Shown here piece after piece: positions 10,094 to 19,436 of a stretch of 64,000 nucleotides of DNA (the stretch's first letter is position 1; the number at the start of each line of letters is the position of its first letter). The stretch is taken from positions 397,495 to 461,494 of the forward strand of contig JBMFRB010000001.1 of the NCBI GenBank assembly GCA_049968255.1, read 5' to 3'. The position numbers and the translations under genes are program-made. Source of the stretch: Candidatus Sumerlaeaceae bacterium. Lineage in GTDB: Bacteria; Sumerlaeota; Sumerlaeia; Sumerlaeales; Sumerlaeaceae. The notes under the pieces are model-generated. The model was not told the DNA's origin. It saw nothing but the letters and a program-made list of their open reading frames with translations, and did no database searches.

Positions 10094-10399
10094 GACTGTC
10101 CAACACCGCAGTTAAGGCATAAGCAATTGAAAAATCAAATGATAACTCAATTCTTTAGGTTTTGATTGTCAGGTCCTTACATAAAAACGTTTCATTTTGC
10201 CCCACTCTTAGGCTTTCCTGTTGCAAGCTGGTCGAAAGATGCAGTTGGGCTTTGCTGGTTTGGGCCGCATGACCGAAAGAGATGGCCTTTCTCTGGGAGT
10301 TGGGGTGTAATGAAATTGCTAAACGCGATTACGATTTGCTTATAGTTGAAGGAACATTTCCTGAACGTGCTTGCTGCGACACCAACGGGACGGTTGCGT

Positions 10400-11527
10400 T
10401 CAAAATGGCAATTTTTCGACGTGCCGGAAGGTGTGACGGTCGGGAAGACGCGCGACCTGGTGGCAGCGACGGCAGACATAGGGAATGCTGCCCGTGCGCC
10501 AGGTGTTCCAAAACTCTTGCGCGCGAGGTCCGGCGAGAATATCGAAGATGTGGGCATCCTCGACGTTTCCAAAGCTGTGCTCCGGATAGCTTCCCATTTC
10601 ATCGCGAACGGGGAGGTGACAACACGGTGTGACGTTTCCCATCCAGTCAACGAACACGCCACGCAACGGATCGGCAAGGCAGGCACCTGCATAGCCAGCG
10701 AAGAACTCGTGCACGACAAAATTCATCCCCGCCTCTTCGGCTATTCGTCGGCATTCTGCCAGAACCTGCTTGAACTCGAGGTGGTCAATGACAAGGTTTC
10801 CCCGTAGGTCATAAATGTCCTGCTCTTGCTCGAAAGCGAGCTCACGCCGCTCGATGAGCTTCGCGGTGAATAGGTCGAAACCTATTTCTGCAGCTTGGGC
10901 GACCGCCAGTGGCAATTCGCGCCAGTTGTCGCGCATGAGAATAAAGACCCAGCCAGTTTCGACTTCATCGAATCCGCCCTCACTGCGCATTTCGTGAAAG
11001 CGACGGGCATTGGCGATGACATTCGTCCAGTGGGCACCAGTTCGGATGCGCTCATAAGTTGCCGGCGTTCCTGCGTCTATCGAAAACTGCACGTGTTGAA
11101 TGCCGGCCAGAAGCGTGGCACGGGCTCGCGTATCGTTGAGAAGTGTGGCGTTCGTACTAAGGCAAGGACGCGCACCGGCCCCCCGAATTGTCGCAATGAA
11201 ATCGGGCAAATGCGGATTGATAAACGGTTCGCCGAAACCGGTCAGCACGACGGCATCGAGAAAGGGGAAGAGCGGAACCAGACGCTCGAAGCATTGCGGC
11301 GACATGAGTCCTTCGCTATGGCCCTGAATAAGTCGCGGACACATTTGGCATTCGAGATTGCACAAGAATGAGGGTTCGATGTGGATGAATCGCAGGTGGG
11401 CAATGCGCGAGGGTGGCCGCGGCCCCGCGGGATTCGCCGCTCCGTAAGCCCATTGGATGCGCCGTTTGAAGTGGCGTCCTGCTGCAAAACTTTCCAGGAT
11501 TCTACCGACTCGCCGACGAATGCTCAT
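10400..11527 (-). CDS. Radical SAM protein with SPASM/Twitch domain
   Basis: CNLECQMC, GFGEPF, STNAT, SIDAG..YERIR, C-terminal C...GNVTPCC...CRRC; start 11527 or 11590. Confidence 0.85.
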   Translation of the reverse strand: MSIRRRVGRILESFAAGRHFKRRIQWAYGAANPAGPRPPSRIAHLRFIHIEPSFLCNLECQMCPRLIQGHSEGLMSPQCFERLVPLFPFLDAVVLTGFGEPFINPHLPDFIATIRGAGARPCLSTNATLLNDTRARATLLAGIQHVQFSIDAGTPATYERIRTGAHWTNVIANARRFHEMRSEGGFDEVETGWVFILMRDNWRELPLAVAQAAEIGFDLFTAKLIERRELAFEQEQDIYDLRGNLVIDHLEFKQVLAECRRIAEEAGMNFVVHEFFAGYAGACLADPLRGVFVDWMGNVTPCCHLPVRDEMGSYPEHSFGNVEDAHIFDILAGPRAQEFWNTWRTGSIPYVCRRCHQVARLPDRHTFRHVEKLPF

Positions 11528-11683
11528 TGTTAGATGATTGTTCGTTTGACGCAGGAGAAAATTCAAATCCGTTGTTGAGCGATGACGCAAACACTATGCA
11601 GGTGATAAAGAGTAGCGGGCAGAGCCCGGTTCAGCTTCTGGAATTTGCCCCATTGGGCATCCGTTGGCAGGAGATGCACACTC

Positions 11684-12688
11684 GTGCGTAGGATTGACGT
11701 CATAGCCCTGACATTCGTGCTGGTGGTGACAAGTGCGGGCGTGACTTACTACGTAGCGACGCATCCCCTGCGCCGTGGCGCCGACGAGCGCATCGAAATT
11801 GGTGTTCAAGAGCCGATCCAGAAACTCTCGCCACGCGATATTCTAAGGCCGCCGAATGTCATGCCGCCAGGTGGGGAAGGCATCGGGGCTGAAACCACAC
11901 ACCTAACGACAGCACCACAGGAGCGGCGCACGATTATCGTCTATCCACCGTGGAAAGCTGGCAGCACTCGCGTGGAAGGGGCGTACGCGGTGACGAAACC
12001 AGGCAACTATATTGGCGTGCTGTGGTCGCCCCTAGGACTTGACATTGCATTCACGCGCGCAGACCGAGCGGGGATCTGGATTGCGGGACCAAACACGTCA
12101 GAAGCGCGCCAAATTTCCGACGATAAACTTGGCGATCTGGATTTTTCCTGGACCCCTGATGGTATGCAGCTTTACATCACGGCGATTGATCGGCGCCCTG
12201 TGGCCCTCATGCTGACGGGCGAGCGCTATCCGGCGCCGGAGATGCCCAAACGTGTGTATGAGCGCGAGGGGAACATTTATGTGCTCGACGAAGAGGGAAC
12301 TCCGTGGCGCATAACCAGTAGCCAAGACCGGTTTACCGATCCTAAACTTTCCCCTGACGAGCGGTTGGTCGTCTATACGGCTATGGAAACCGGCCTGTAT
12401 ATCAGCACGGTGGACGGTAAAAAAACCATCAATGTTGGAAAAGGCGAGAACCCATCGTGGCTGCCCGATTCAAGCGGAATCGTTTATGATATTCCGCTGA
12501 GCGATGGCTTGACGATCATTGATGGCGACCTGTGGTTTGCCGCTGCGGATGGCAGCGAACGCTCGAATTTGACGAACACGCCTGGCATTGTTGAGTCTTA
12601 CCCGGCTGTAAGTCCGGACGGAGGGAGAATTGCCTTCGTTGCCGAGGGCGCCGTTTACGTCGGGAAATTTGTGCGGGGCAAGCGCTGA
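11684..12688 (+). CDS. Membrane-anchored PD40/TolB-like beta-propeller protein
   Basis: N-terminal TM helix; repeats WSPLG, WTPDG, LSPDE, WLPDS, VSPDG; GTG start with AGGAG upstream. Confidence 0.75.
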   Translation: MRRIDVIALTFVLVVTSAGVTYYVATHPLRRGADERIEIGVQEPIQKLSPRDILRPPNVMPPGGEGIGAETTHLTTAPQERRTIIVYPPWKAGSTRVEGAYAVTKPGNYIGVLWSPLGLDIAFTRADRAGIWIAGPNTSEARQISDDKLGDLDFSWTPDGMQLYITAIDRRPVALMLTGERYPAPEMPKRVYEREGNIYVLDEEGTPWRITSSQDRFTDPKLSPDERLVVYTAMETGLYISTVDGKKTINVGKGENPSWLPDSSGIVYDIPLSDGLTIIDGDLWFAAADGSERSNLTNTPGIVESYPAVSPDGGRIAFVAEGAVYVGKFVRGKR

Positions 12689-12854
12689 AAAACGCATTTT
12701 TACGATTGTGATTGGGTCGGAGAAAAGCCTCGCGCGTGCCTTGTCGCCTCAACGTTCCTCGCGCGCCATATTGCTATTGTTGAAAAATTGCGACTTACAT
12801 ACACCATTAGCCTAGCTGTGCGAAAGGATCTTTGAGAAGAATCCAAATGCTGCC

Positions 12855-12870
12855 TGGCATGTTTTTTGAT
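12855..12870 (+). promoter_or_regulatory. Possible variant sigma54 promoter of the T2SS-like operon
   Basis: TGGCAT-GTTTT-TTGAT (GG-N10-GA), 74 bp before gspE, with an AT-rich tract upstream. Confidence 0.35.
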
Positions 12871-12943
12871 TACAAGGGTGTGCGTACCAATGAGGCGCGC
12901 TAAGGTAATTGGAATGCAACCGATGGGGTGAGGACGTCGAGTC

Positions 12944-14668
12944 ATGTTTAATTCAGAATTGCAGCTAGGACAGATCCTTGTGCTGGAGGGGAAACTCGAC
13001 GCCGATGATCTGGAGCTTGCGCTGCGCGAGCACCACAAATCTGGCGAGCGAATAGGGACGATCCTCGTGAAGATGGGGCTCGTGAGCGAGGAGGACGTGT
13101 TGCGGGCGCTGGCACAGCAGCTTCAGCTCCCCTTCGTGCGGCTAAGCGAGGTGCGGATCCCGAAAGAAGTTATCGAGAAAATTCCGGCGAAAATTGTCAG
13201 CCATTACAGTCTGGTCCCTCTGGAACAGTCGAACGGCACCTTACGGGTGGCGGTGAGCGATCCGCTTGATGTGCACACGCTGGATGACCTGCGGCTGCTG
13301 CTCAAAATGGAGGTCGAGCCGGTCGTTGCTCCGCACAAGGACATTGAGGAAGCAATCAAGCGCTATTATGGCATCGGCGCGGACACGGTCGAGGAACTCA
13401 TCCAGGAGCAAGGCAACGAGACGACGATCGAAGTGGACCGAACGGTCGAAGACATCGACGACATGGCAGAAGATGCCTCGATTGTCCGCTTCGTGAATCA
13501 GATTATCGCCGAGGCAATTTCAGACCGGGCGACAGATATCCATGTTGAGCCGTTCGAACATGAGCTGCGCATCCGCTACCGCATTGACGGCATGCTTTAT
13601 GAGGCCGCTATCCCGCCGAGTATCAAACGCTTCCAAAGCGCCATTATTTCGCGTATCAAGATCATGGCGGACATGAACATCGCGGAGAGGCGCTTGCCTC
13701 AGGACGGCAAGATCAAGGTTCGCGTGCAAGACCGCGACTATGACCTGCGTGTTTCTACACTCCCAACTCCTTATGGGGAGTCCATTTCGATCCGCATTCT
13801 CTCGCGTGACAGTGATCTCATCTCGCTCGACAGGCTGGGCTTGGATGAGTATCAACTGAAAATTCTGCGGCGGATGATCCAAAAGCCGCATGGCATTATC
13901 TTTGTCACGGGGCCGACAGGGTCGGGCAAATCCACAACGCTTTACGCGGCGCTTACGGAGATCAACACGGTAGACAAAAAAATCCTGACCGTGGAGGACC
14001 CTATCGAATACCGCATTCCGGGCGTTACGCAAGTCCAGGTGAATCCCCAAATTGACCTGACCTTTGCACGCGTGCTGCGCACGATGCTACGCCAGGACCC
14101 AGACGTCATCATGGTGGGGGAAACACGTGACCCAGAGACGGCGCAGGCTGCTATTCGTGCCGCGTTGACGGGTCACTTGGTTTTCTCGACGCTCCACACG
14201 AACGACGCCGCTGGAGCGGTGAGCCGCCTGCTTGACATGGGAATCGAGCCCTTTCTTGTGGCCAGTTCGGTCGAGGGCCTCATCGCACAGCGCCTTGTGC
14301 GCGTGCTGTGCCCGGACTGTAAGGTTCCTTTCACCCTGTCGCCGGAAGTTCTCAATCGCCTGCGGGTGAACAAACTTGATACGGCGGACGCGCAATTCAT
14401 GCGGCCCGCAGGCTGCGAGAAATGTCGCTACACCGGTTTTCGGGGCCGCACCGCCATTTACGAGATCATCAAGGTGACCGAGGACCTGAAGCAAATGATC
14501 GTGGCGCGACGACCCTCGAATGAAATCAAGCAAGCGGCCATTGCCAGCGGCATGCGCACGATTCGTGAAGATGGCTGGCTAAAGGTGCGGGCCGGGCTTA
14601 CCACTATTGACGAAGTGCTGCGCGTCACGATGGAGGATGAGTTTGGCGGAGTGGGCAACGATGAATAG
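12944..14668 (+). CDS. gspE: Type II secretion/type IV pilus assembly ATPase GspE/PilB with MshEN domain
   Basis: RIGTILVKMGLV MshEN repeat, DIHVEP, ERRLPQDG, GPTGSGKS, EDPIEY, LRQDPD, CPDC..CEKC Zn motif. Confidence 0.93.
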   Translation: MFNSELQLGQILVLEGKLDADDLELALREHHKSGERIGTILVKMGLVSEEDVLRALAQQLQLPFVRLSEVRIPKEVIEKIPAKIVSHYSLVPLEQSNGTLRVAVSDPLDVHTLDDLRLLLKMEVEPVVAPHKDIEEAIKRYYGIGADTVEELIQEQGNETTIEVDRTVEDIDDMAEDASIVRFVNQIIAEAISDRATDIHVEPFEHELRIRYRIDGMLYEAAIPPSIKRFQSAIISRIKIMADMNIAERRLPQDGKIKVRVQDRDYDLRVSTLPTPYGESISIRILSRDSDLISLDRLGLDEYQLKILRRMIQKPHGIIFVTGPTGSGKSTTLYAALTEINTVDKKILTVEDPIEYRIPGVTQVQVNPQIDLTFARVLRTMLRQDPDVIMVGETRDPETAQAAIRAALTGHLVFSTLHTNDAAGAVSRLLDMGIEPFLVASSVEGLIAQRLVRVLCPDCKVPFTLSPEVLNRLRVNKLDTADAQFMRPAGCEKCRYTGFRGRTAIYEIIKVTEDLKQMIVARRPSNEIKQAAIASGMRTIREDGWLKVRAGLTTIDEVLRVTMEDEFGGVGNDE

Positions 14669-14726
14669 CCCTGGCAATAGTGTGGCGTGACCGAGAATCG
14701 ACCAAGTGTGTTGAGAGTGAGGTAGA

Positions 14727-15947
14727 GTGGCTCTTTATTCGTACAAAGCCAAGGATCCGAAAGGGCAAGTGATTTCGGGCTCGCTGGAGGCCGAGACGGT
14801 GAACGCCGTCATCAGCCGCCTGCAGGCCATGGGCTACTTTCCTGTTAGCATCGAAAACGAAAGCGAGAAAAAGAACACCGCGGCGGCGGTGGCAAAAAAG
14901 TTTGCACGGCGCGTTAGCATCAACGATCTCGCAACCTTCAACCGCCAGCTGGCCGATTTGCTCAGTTCGGGCATTCCCCTCGTGCGGGCGCTCGGCGTCA
15001 TCCAGAACCAGACAGCCAATGAGACACTCGTCGAGATTATCGGACAGATTGCGCAGGATGTGGCGGGCGGCGACTCGCTGGCTGGAGCGATGGCTAAGCA
15101 TCCGAAGGTGTTCTCGAAACTTTACGTGGCAATGGTGCGCTCGGGCGAAGCGGGGGGTATGCTCGATGTCGTGCTTTCGCGACTGGCCGACTTTGCAGAA
15201 ACCGAAGCCGAGGTCCGCGCCAAGATTAAGTCAGCTCTGGCCTACCCTGTCGTCATGGTTTTGGCGGGCATTGGGGCAGTCACCATTCTTATGACTGTGG
15301 TTATGCCCAAAATTTTGAAAATCTATGGAGAGCTCAACCAGACGCTGCCGTGGCCAACGCAAGCCCTAATTACGATAAGCGACGCTCTGCGCAATTACTG
15401 GCCATTTTTCATCGGCGGAATCGTGGCAGGGGTCGCGGCGCTCTGGCGCTTACTGAAAACGCCTGACGGCAAGCGCGCTTTCGATCGAGCGATCGTGAAA
15501 GTCCCCCTGCTTGGACCAATGATCGTGAAGCGAGAGATCGCGAACTTTGCGCGTACGTTTGGTTCGCTGCTTCACAACGGCGTTTCCATTCTGCCGGCGC
15601 TGGAGATCGTTCACGAAGTCCTCACAAACACCGTGGTTGCGGATGAAGTGGCAAAAATTCCTGAGCACGTAACTCAGGGCGAAGGCGTGGCGGGACCTTT
15701 GAAGAAGTCGCACGTTTTTCCGCCGGTGGTTGTGAACATGATAGCAATTGGCGAAGAGACCGGCCGCCTGGACGAAGTTCTTCTCAAGGTAGCGCACAGC
15801 TATGAGATGGAGGTGGAGCGCGCGGTCAAGACGCTGACAAGTCTTATCGAACCGCTCATCATTTTGGGCATGGGCATCGTGGTGGGATTCATTGTCATTG
15901 CCATGCTGCTGCCGATTTTCTCCATAGATCCGAGTCAGCAGGGTTAG
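14727..15947 (+). CDS. gspF: Inner-membrane platform protein GspF/PilC
   Basis: RQLADLLSSGIP, GEAGGML, ALAYP, GEETGRLD, LIEP..I; GTG start. Confidence 0.93.
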   Translation: MALYSYKAKDPKGQVISGSLEAETVNAVISRLQAMGYFPVSIENESEKKNTAAAVAKKFARRVSINDLATFNRQLADLLSSGIPLVRALGVIQNQTANETLVEIIGQIAQDVAGGDSLAGAMAKHPKVFSKLYVAMVRSGEAGGMLDVVLSRLADFAETEAEVRAKIKSALAYPVVMVLAGIGAVTILMTVVMPKILKIYGELNQTLPWPTQALITISDALRNYWPFFIGGIVAGVAALWRLLKTPDGKRAFDRAIVKVPLLGPMIVKREIANFARTFGSLLHNGVSILPALEIVHEVLTNTVVADEVAKIPEHVTQGEGVAGPLKKSHVFPPVVVNMIAIGEETGRLDEVLLKVAHSYEMEVERAVKTLTSLIEPLIILGMGIVVGFIVIAMLLPIFSIDPSQQG

Positions 15948-15949
15948 CG

Positions 15950-16558
15950 ATGGTGCGCAACGTGAGCATGGATCAACGGGGGACAGGTGCGCGGAGCCAG
16001 CGCGCGATGACGTTGCTCGAATTGCTCACGGTCATGACTATCCTGACGGTGCTCATGGGCGTGGCATTCCCTACCTTGCGGGCGTTCAATGAAAAGAACA
16101 AATTGCGCGCCACAGTCCGGGAAATTGTGGCCCTGATGAAGTACGCGCGTGCTGAGGCAGTCTTCGGCCAACGCACGACAGAAGTTTTTTTCGATCTCGA
16201 TAAGCGCCAATTTTGGGTGGACCTGCGCGAGCCGGACACGAAAACGGGCGATTACAATCCCAAACGCAAGAAGCACCAACTTGAAGGCAAGCGCACGCTG
16301 AATCAGGACCTATGGTTCGACGAAGTCACAACTTACGACGACAATATCATCAATGACAAAATCGTGGCGGTAGATTTTTATCCTGACGGTTCTTCGTCAC
16401 CGCTGCTGCTGACGGTGGCAAATCGAGCCGGGGCAAAACTCACAATCGAGGTTCTCAAGTCTACCGGGCGCACGGAGGTGACACCGGGTACAATAGCCGA
16501 CAAACGCGCTGCTCATGCTGAAGCGGCTCAAAAGCTGGCTGGAGTGGCGGCACGATGA
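15950..16558 (+). CDS. GspH-like minor pseudopilin
   Basis: Prepilin motif QRA|MTLLELL, ARAEAV, FYPDGSS typical of GspH/FimT. Confidence 0.75.
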   Translation: MVRNVSMDQRGTGARSQRAMTLLELLTVMTILTVLMGVAFPTLRAFNEKNKLRATVREIVALMKYARAEAVFGQRTTEVFFDLDKRQFWVDLREPDTKTGDYNPKRKKHQLEGKRTLNQDLWFDEVTTYDDNIINDKIVAVDFYPDGSSSPLLLTVANRAGAKLTIEVLKSTGRTEVTPGTIADKRAAHAEAAQKLAGVAAR

Positions 16559-17100
16559 GCTGCCAAGCGCATCCTTCCTGCGAGGGGCTAAGAAGAGAAG
16601 TCACCCTGCGTCGGCGAGGGTGGAAACGTGGCAACGACGGTTTCCTTCTGCTCGAGGTTATTGTCTCGCTGGTCATTCTGGGCATCGCCGTAGCCACCAT
16701 CATGCGCTCGTTCACCGTTTCGATGAATGCTATCCGCCGCATAGACATCACAACTCAGGCATGCGTGCTTGCGGAGAGATTCATGCAGGATCTCGAGCTC
16801 GAACCGGGAAAGGCCCGTTCAGGGCGAGGAACCTTCGAGGAGGAAGGGTATCCTGATTTTTCGTGGGAGCTCACGGTTCAAGACGAAGAGGTGCGTTATA
16901 AAAATCTTCAGACCAAAGTGAAGACGAGGGATCTGCGCAGTGTCCGTCACGCATTGCTCATCATTAGCTATCAGAATGCGACGATGCGCTCGCCGACGCA
17001 GGTGCTAGAACTCCACCTTTATCTTCCGCCGATCGAGCGGTTCCGTTTCGACTCGAAGTTCTATAATGAACTTTTTCGCGAAGAGGAGCGGGGGCGATGA
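16555..17100 (+). CDS. GspI/PilV-like minor pseudopilin
   Basis: G|FLLLEVIVSLVIL; G.F....YPDFSWE; ATGA overlap. Confidence 0.75.
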   Translation: MSCQAHPSCEGLRREVTLRRRGWKRGNDGFLLLEVIVSLVILGIAVATIMRSFTVSMNAIRRIDITTQACVLAERFMQDLELEPGKARSGRGTFEEEGYPDFSWELTVQDEEVRYKNLQTKVKTRDLRSVRHALLIISYQNATMRSPTQVLELHLYLPPIERFRFDSKFYNELFREEERGR

Positions 17101-18089
17101 GAGCCATACGGCGCAAAGCGTTCACGCTGATGGAGATCATGGTGGCCGTCGTGATATTCTCGCTTGTCGTGTCCTCGCTTGTGGTGTCCTTCCGCACTGG
17201 CGTGAAGGCATACGACATTGGTGCTACACATGCAGAACTGGATCAGACGATTCGCTTCGTGACGAGCCAAGTCGCGGAAGATCTGCGTAACGTTTTTTAT
17301 CGACAACCCTGGACGTATAACGTCACGCGCAACCAGCGCGAGGAGCTGTTGGCCCAGCGCGAGCAGCAGCTTCAGGCCAGCGGTGCGCGAACCGAGCTAC
17401 TCGAGGACGAGAGCCTGCCGGATTTAGGCCCGCGGATTGATCTGTCATTTCGCGCGAAGGATAACGGCGACCAGGATGAACTGTCGTTTGTTCGCGTGCA
17501 GAACGAGAATGCGCCAGAGACAAGAAAGCCGTTCGGCCTGGCACGGGTGCGTTACTTTCTGATCGATGGCTCTCTGTACCGAGCCGTGGATGACGTAATC
17601 GCGCCGGAAGTGGACGAATTCGGTAATGAGATTCCGAAGCCCGTTCCCCCAGTCATGGATAAATTAGCTAACAATGTAAAAAGTGTTGATCTTAAATTCG
17701 GCTATTACTACGATGGAGAGTGGCTGCTGGCCGATGACTGGGATAGCGACGCGGCTCAATACCGCAATCCGTCGGATGAGGCGGAGGAAAAAGGCAAAAT
17801 CACGCAATTTGGAGCGAGTGGGAGCAACCGCTCGGCTAGCGATGCCCAGGCCCAAGGGACAACGACGGGCGGCTACACTGCCACAACGCAGAGGCGCACA
17901 GACGACCTTCCCGCGTGGGTGGAAATAACCTATACCTTCACAGATCCGAAAAAGGCCGAAAAGGAGAGAAAATTCCGACAGGTCATCCAGATCTATTCCA
18001 GTCAAGAAACCTATCTCCCCCCGGACGTCACCGATGGTGACTCGCAGCGAGACATTTTCCGAACTCGCCGGAGGTCATCGGAGCGATGA
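17097..18089 (+). CDS. GspJ-like minor pseudopilin
   Basis: KA|FTLMEIMVAVVIF, EDLRN, VRYFL..LYR, W..DWD, LPAWVEI. Confidence 0.8.
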   Translation: MRAIRRKAFTLMEIMVAVVIFSLVVSSLVVSFRTGVKAYDIGATHAELDQTIRFVTSQVAEDLRNVFYRQPWTYNVTRNQREELLAQREQQLQASGARTELLEDESLPDLGPRIDLSFRAKDNGDQDELSFVRVQNENAPETRKPFGLARVRYFLIDGSLYRAVDDVIAPEVDEFGNEIPKPVPPVMDKLANNVKSVDLKFGYYYDGEWLLADDWDSDAAQYRNPSDEAEEKGKITQFGASGSNRSASDAQAQGTTTGGYTATTQRRTDDLPAWVEITYTFTDPKKAEKERKFRQVIQIYSSQETYLPPDVTDGDSQRDIFRTRRRSSER

Positions 18090-19414
18090 GACGCCACATA
18101 GCAAAAAGTCTCTTGTCGCGTCGGGAGCGCTCGGCGGTGCTGATTCTCACGCTTTGGATGGTCGTCGTGCTCGGGATCATCGCGACGAGCTTGGCATTCG
18201 AGGTGCAAGTCAACGCGAAGCTCGCGCTTTTGCAGAAGGAGCAAATCATTGCCTATCACTTAGCCAAAAGCGCTGTGGCCATGGGAATGACGCATCTGCA
18301 GAACGACCTGCTCATCGATTTTGCCGATAATCCCAATCAGCAGTTTGATGCACTCTCAGACGTCTGGGCACAGCCGGACCGTCGCGAAAAGGACCGTGAG
18401 GTGAAGCTGGGCAAAGGAACGTACGACCTCGAAATCGAAGACGAAGAGAGCAAGATCAATATCAACGTGGCCTCGCAACGCGTGCTCAAAGCGATGCTGG
18501 AGTTTTACGGCTACGAGCCGCCCGACAGTGATGAGATCGCCCAGGCCATTGTGGATTGGCGCGACCGTGATGATATTTGCGTAAGCGCCCCGGGCGAAAA
18601 AGAAAACGAGCACTACAGCGCCCTGCTTGGGCAACGCATCAAAAGTGCAACGACCGCTGACGAATTGATTTATCAATGCCGGAATGAGCCGTTTCTTACG
18701 ACGGAAGAGTTGCTCGACGTTTATGGGATCACCCCAGAATTATTCTATGGCTATGATCCCGCGGAGCGCGAGGCCACCGAACACGCCGCGCGCGAGCGCT
18801 TGGCGCAGGGAAAAAAGGTTGTCTCGCGCAAGACATCGCGTTATCGCCGCCAGCCAAAGCCTCTGCGCGACGTTGTGACGGTGCGCGGAAACGGCCGCGT
18901 GAATCTCAACACGGCCAGCGCGGAGGTGCTGACGATTCTTGCTTACGCAGCAAACAACTGCACGAACTTAGAAGCTGCGGAGGCTGCGGCGGAAAGCATC
19001 GTGAAATTCCGTGGGGATCCGGAAAGTGGTAAGCGGCCGGATCCTGACAACGCATTCCACAGTTTGGCAGATCTGGCAAAGGTGCCTGGTCTCAACGCTG
19101 GCACTATGGCTCAACTCAGTGCTGCTGGCGCGCTTGGGGTGCAAATTGGCTTCCGATCTTCGACGTTCCTTATCACGGGAATCGGGCGCGTTGGAAGAAC
19201 AACACGTGTGGTCAAGGCTCTTGTGTCGCGCAATCTCGACACCTATAATCCTGACGACGCGCGCCTGCTGAGTAATAAAGGGAAAATTGGTTCAGACCAT
19301 CGTAAAGGCGGATTTGCCGGCCGGCGACTTGGCAGTAACCGCAAAACAGGAGATCAGATTGATGACAACTTTATACGAATTCCAGCAATTCGAGTATTGC
19401 AGTGGATCGAATAG
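18086..19414 (+). CDS. gspK: GspK-like minor pseudopilin
   Basis: AVLILTLW N-terminus lacking E5, DEESKININ, AIVDWRDRD, EELLDVYG, RVNLNTAS. Confidence 0.85.
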   Translation: MRRHIAKSLLSRRERSAVLILTLWMVVVLGIIATSLAFEVQVNAKLALLQKEQIIAYHLAKSAVAMGMTHLQNDLLIDFADNPNQQFDALSDVWAQPDRREKDREVKLGKGTYDLEIEDEESKININVASQRVLKAMLEFYGYEPPDSDEIAQAIVDWRDRDDICVSAPGEKENEHYSALLGQRIKSATTADELIYQCRNEPFLTTEELLDVYGITPELFYGYDPAEREATEHAARERLAQGKKVVSRKTSRYRRQPKPLRDVVTVRGNGRVNLNTASAEVLTILAYAANNCTNLEAAEAAAESIVKFRGDPESGKRPDPDNAFHSLADLAKVPGLNAGTMAQLSAAGALGVQIGFRSSTFLITGIGRVGRTTRVVKALVSRNLDTYNPDDARLLSNKGKIGSDHRKGGFAGRRLGSNRKTGDQIDDNFIRIPAIRVLQWIE

Positions 19415-19436
19415 CTTCGGATCGTAGGCAGGAACT

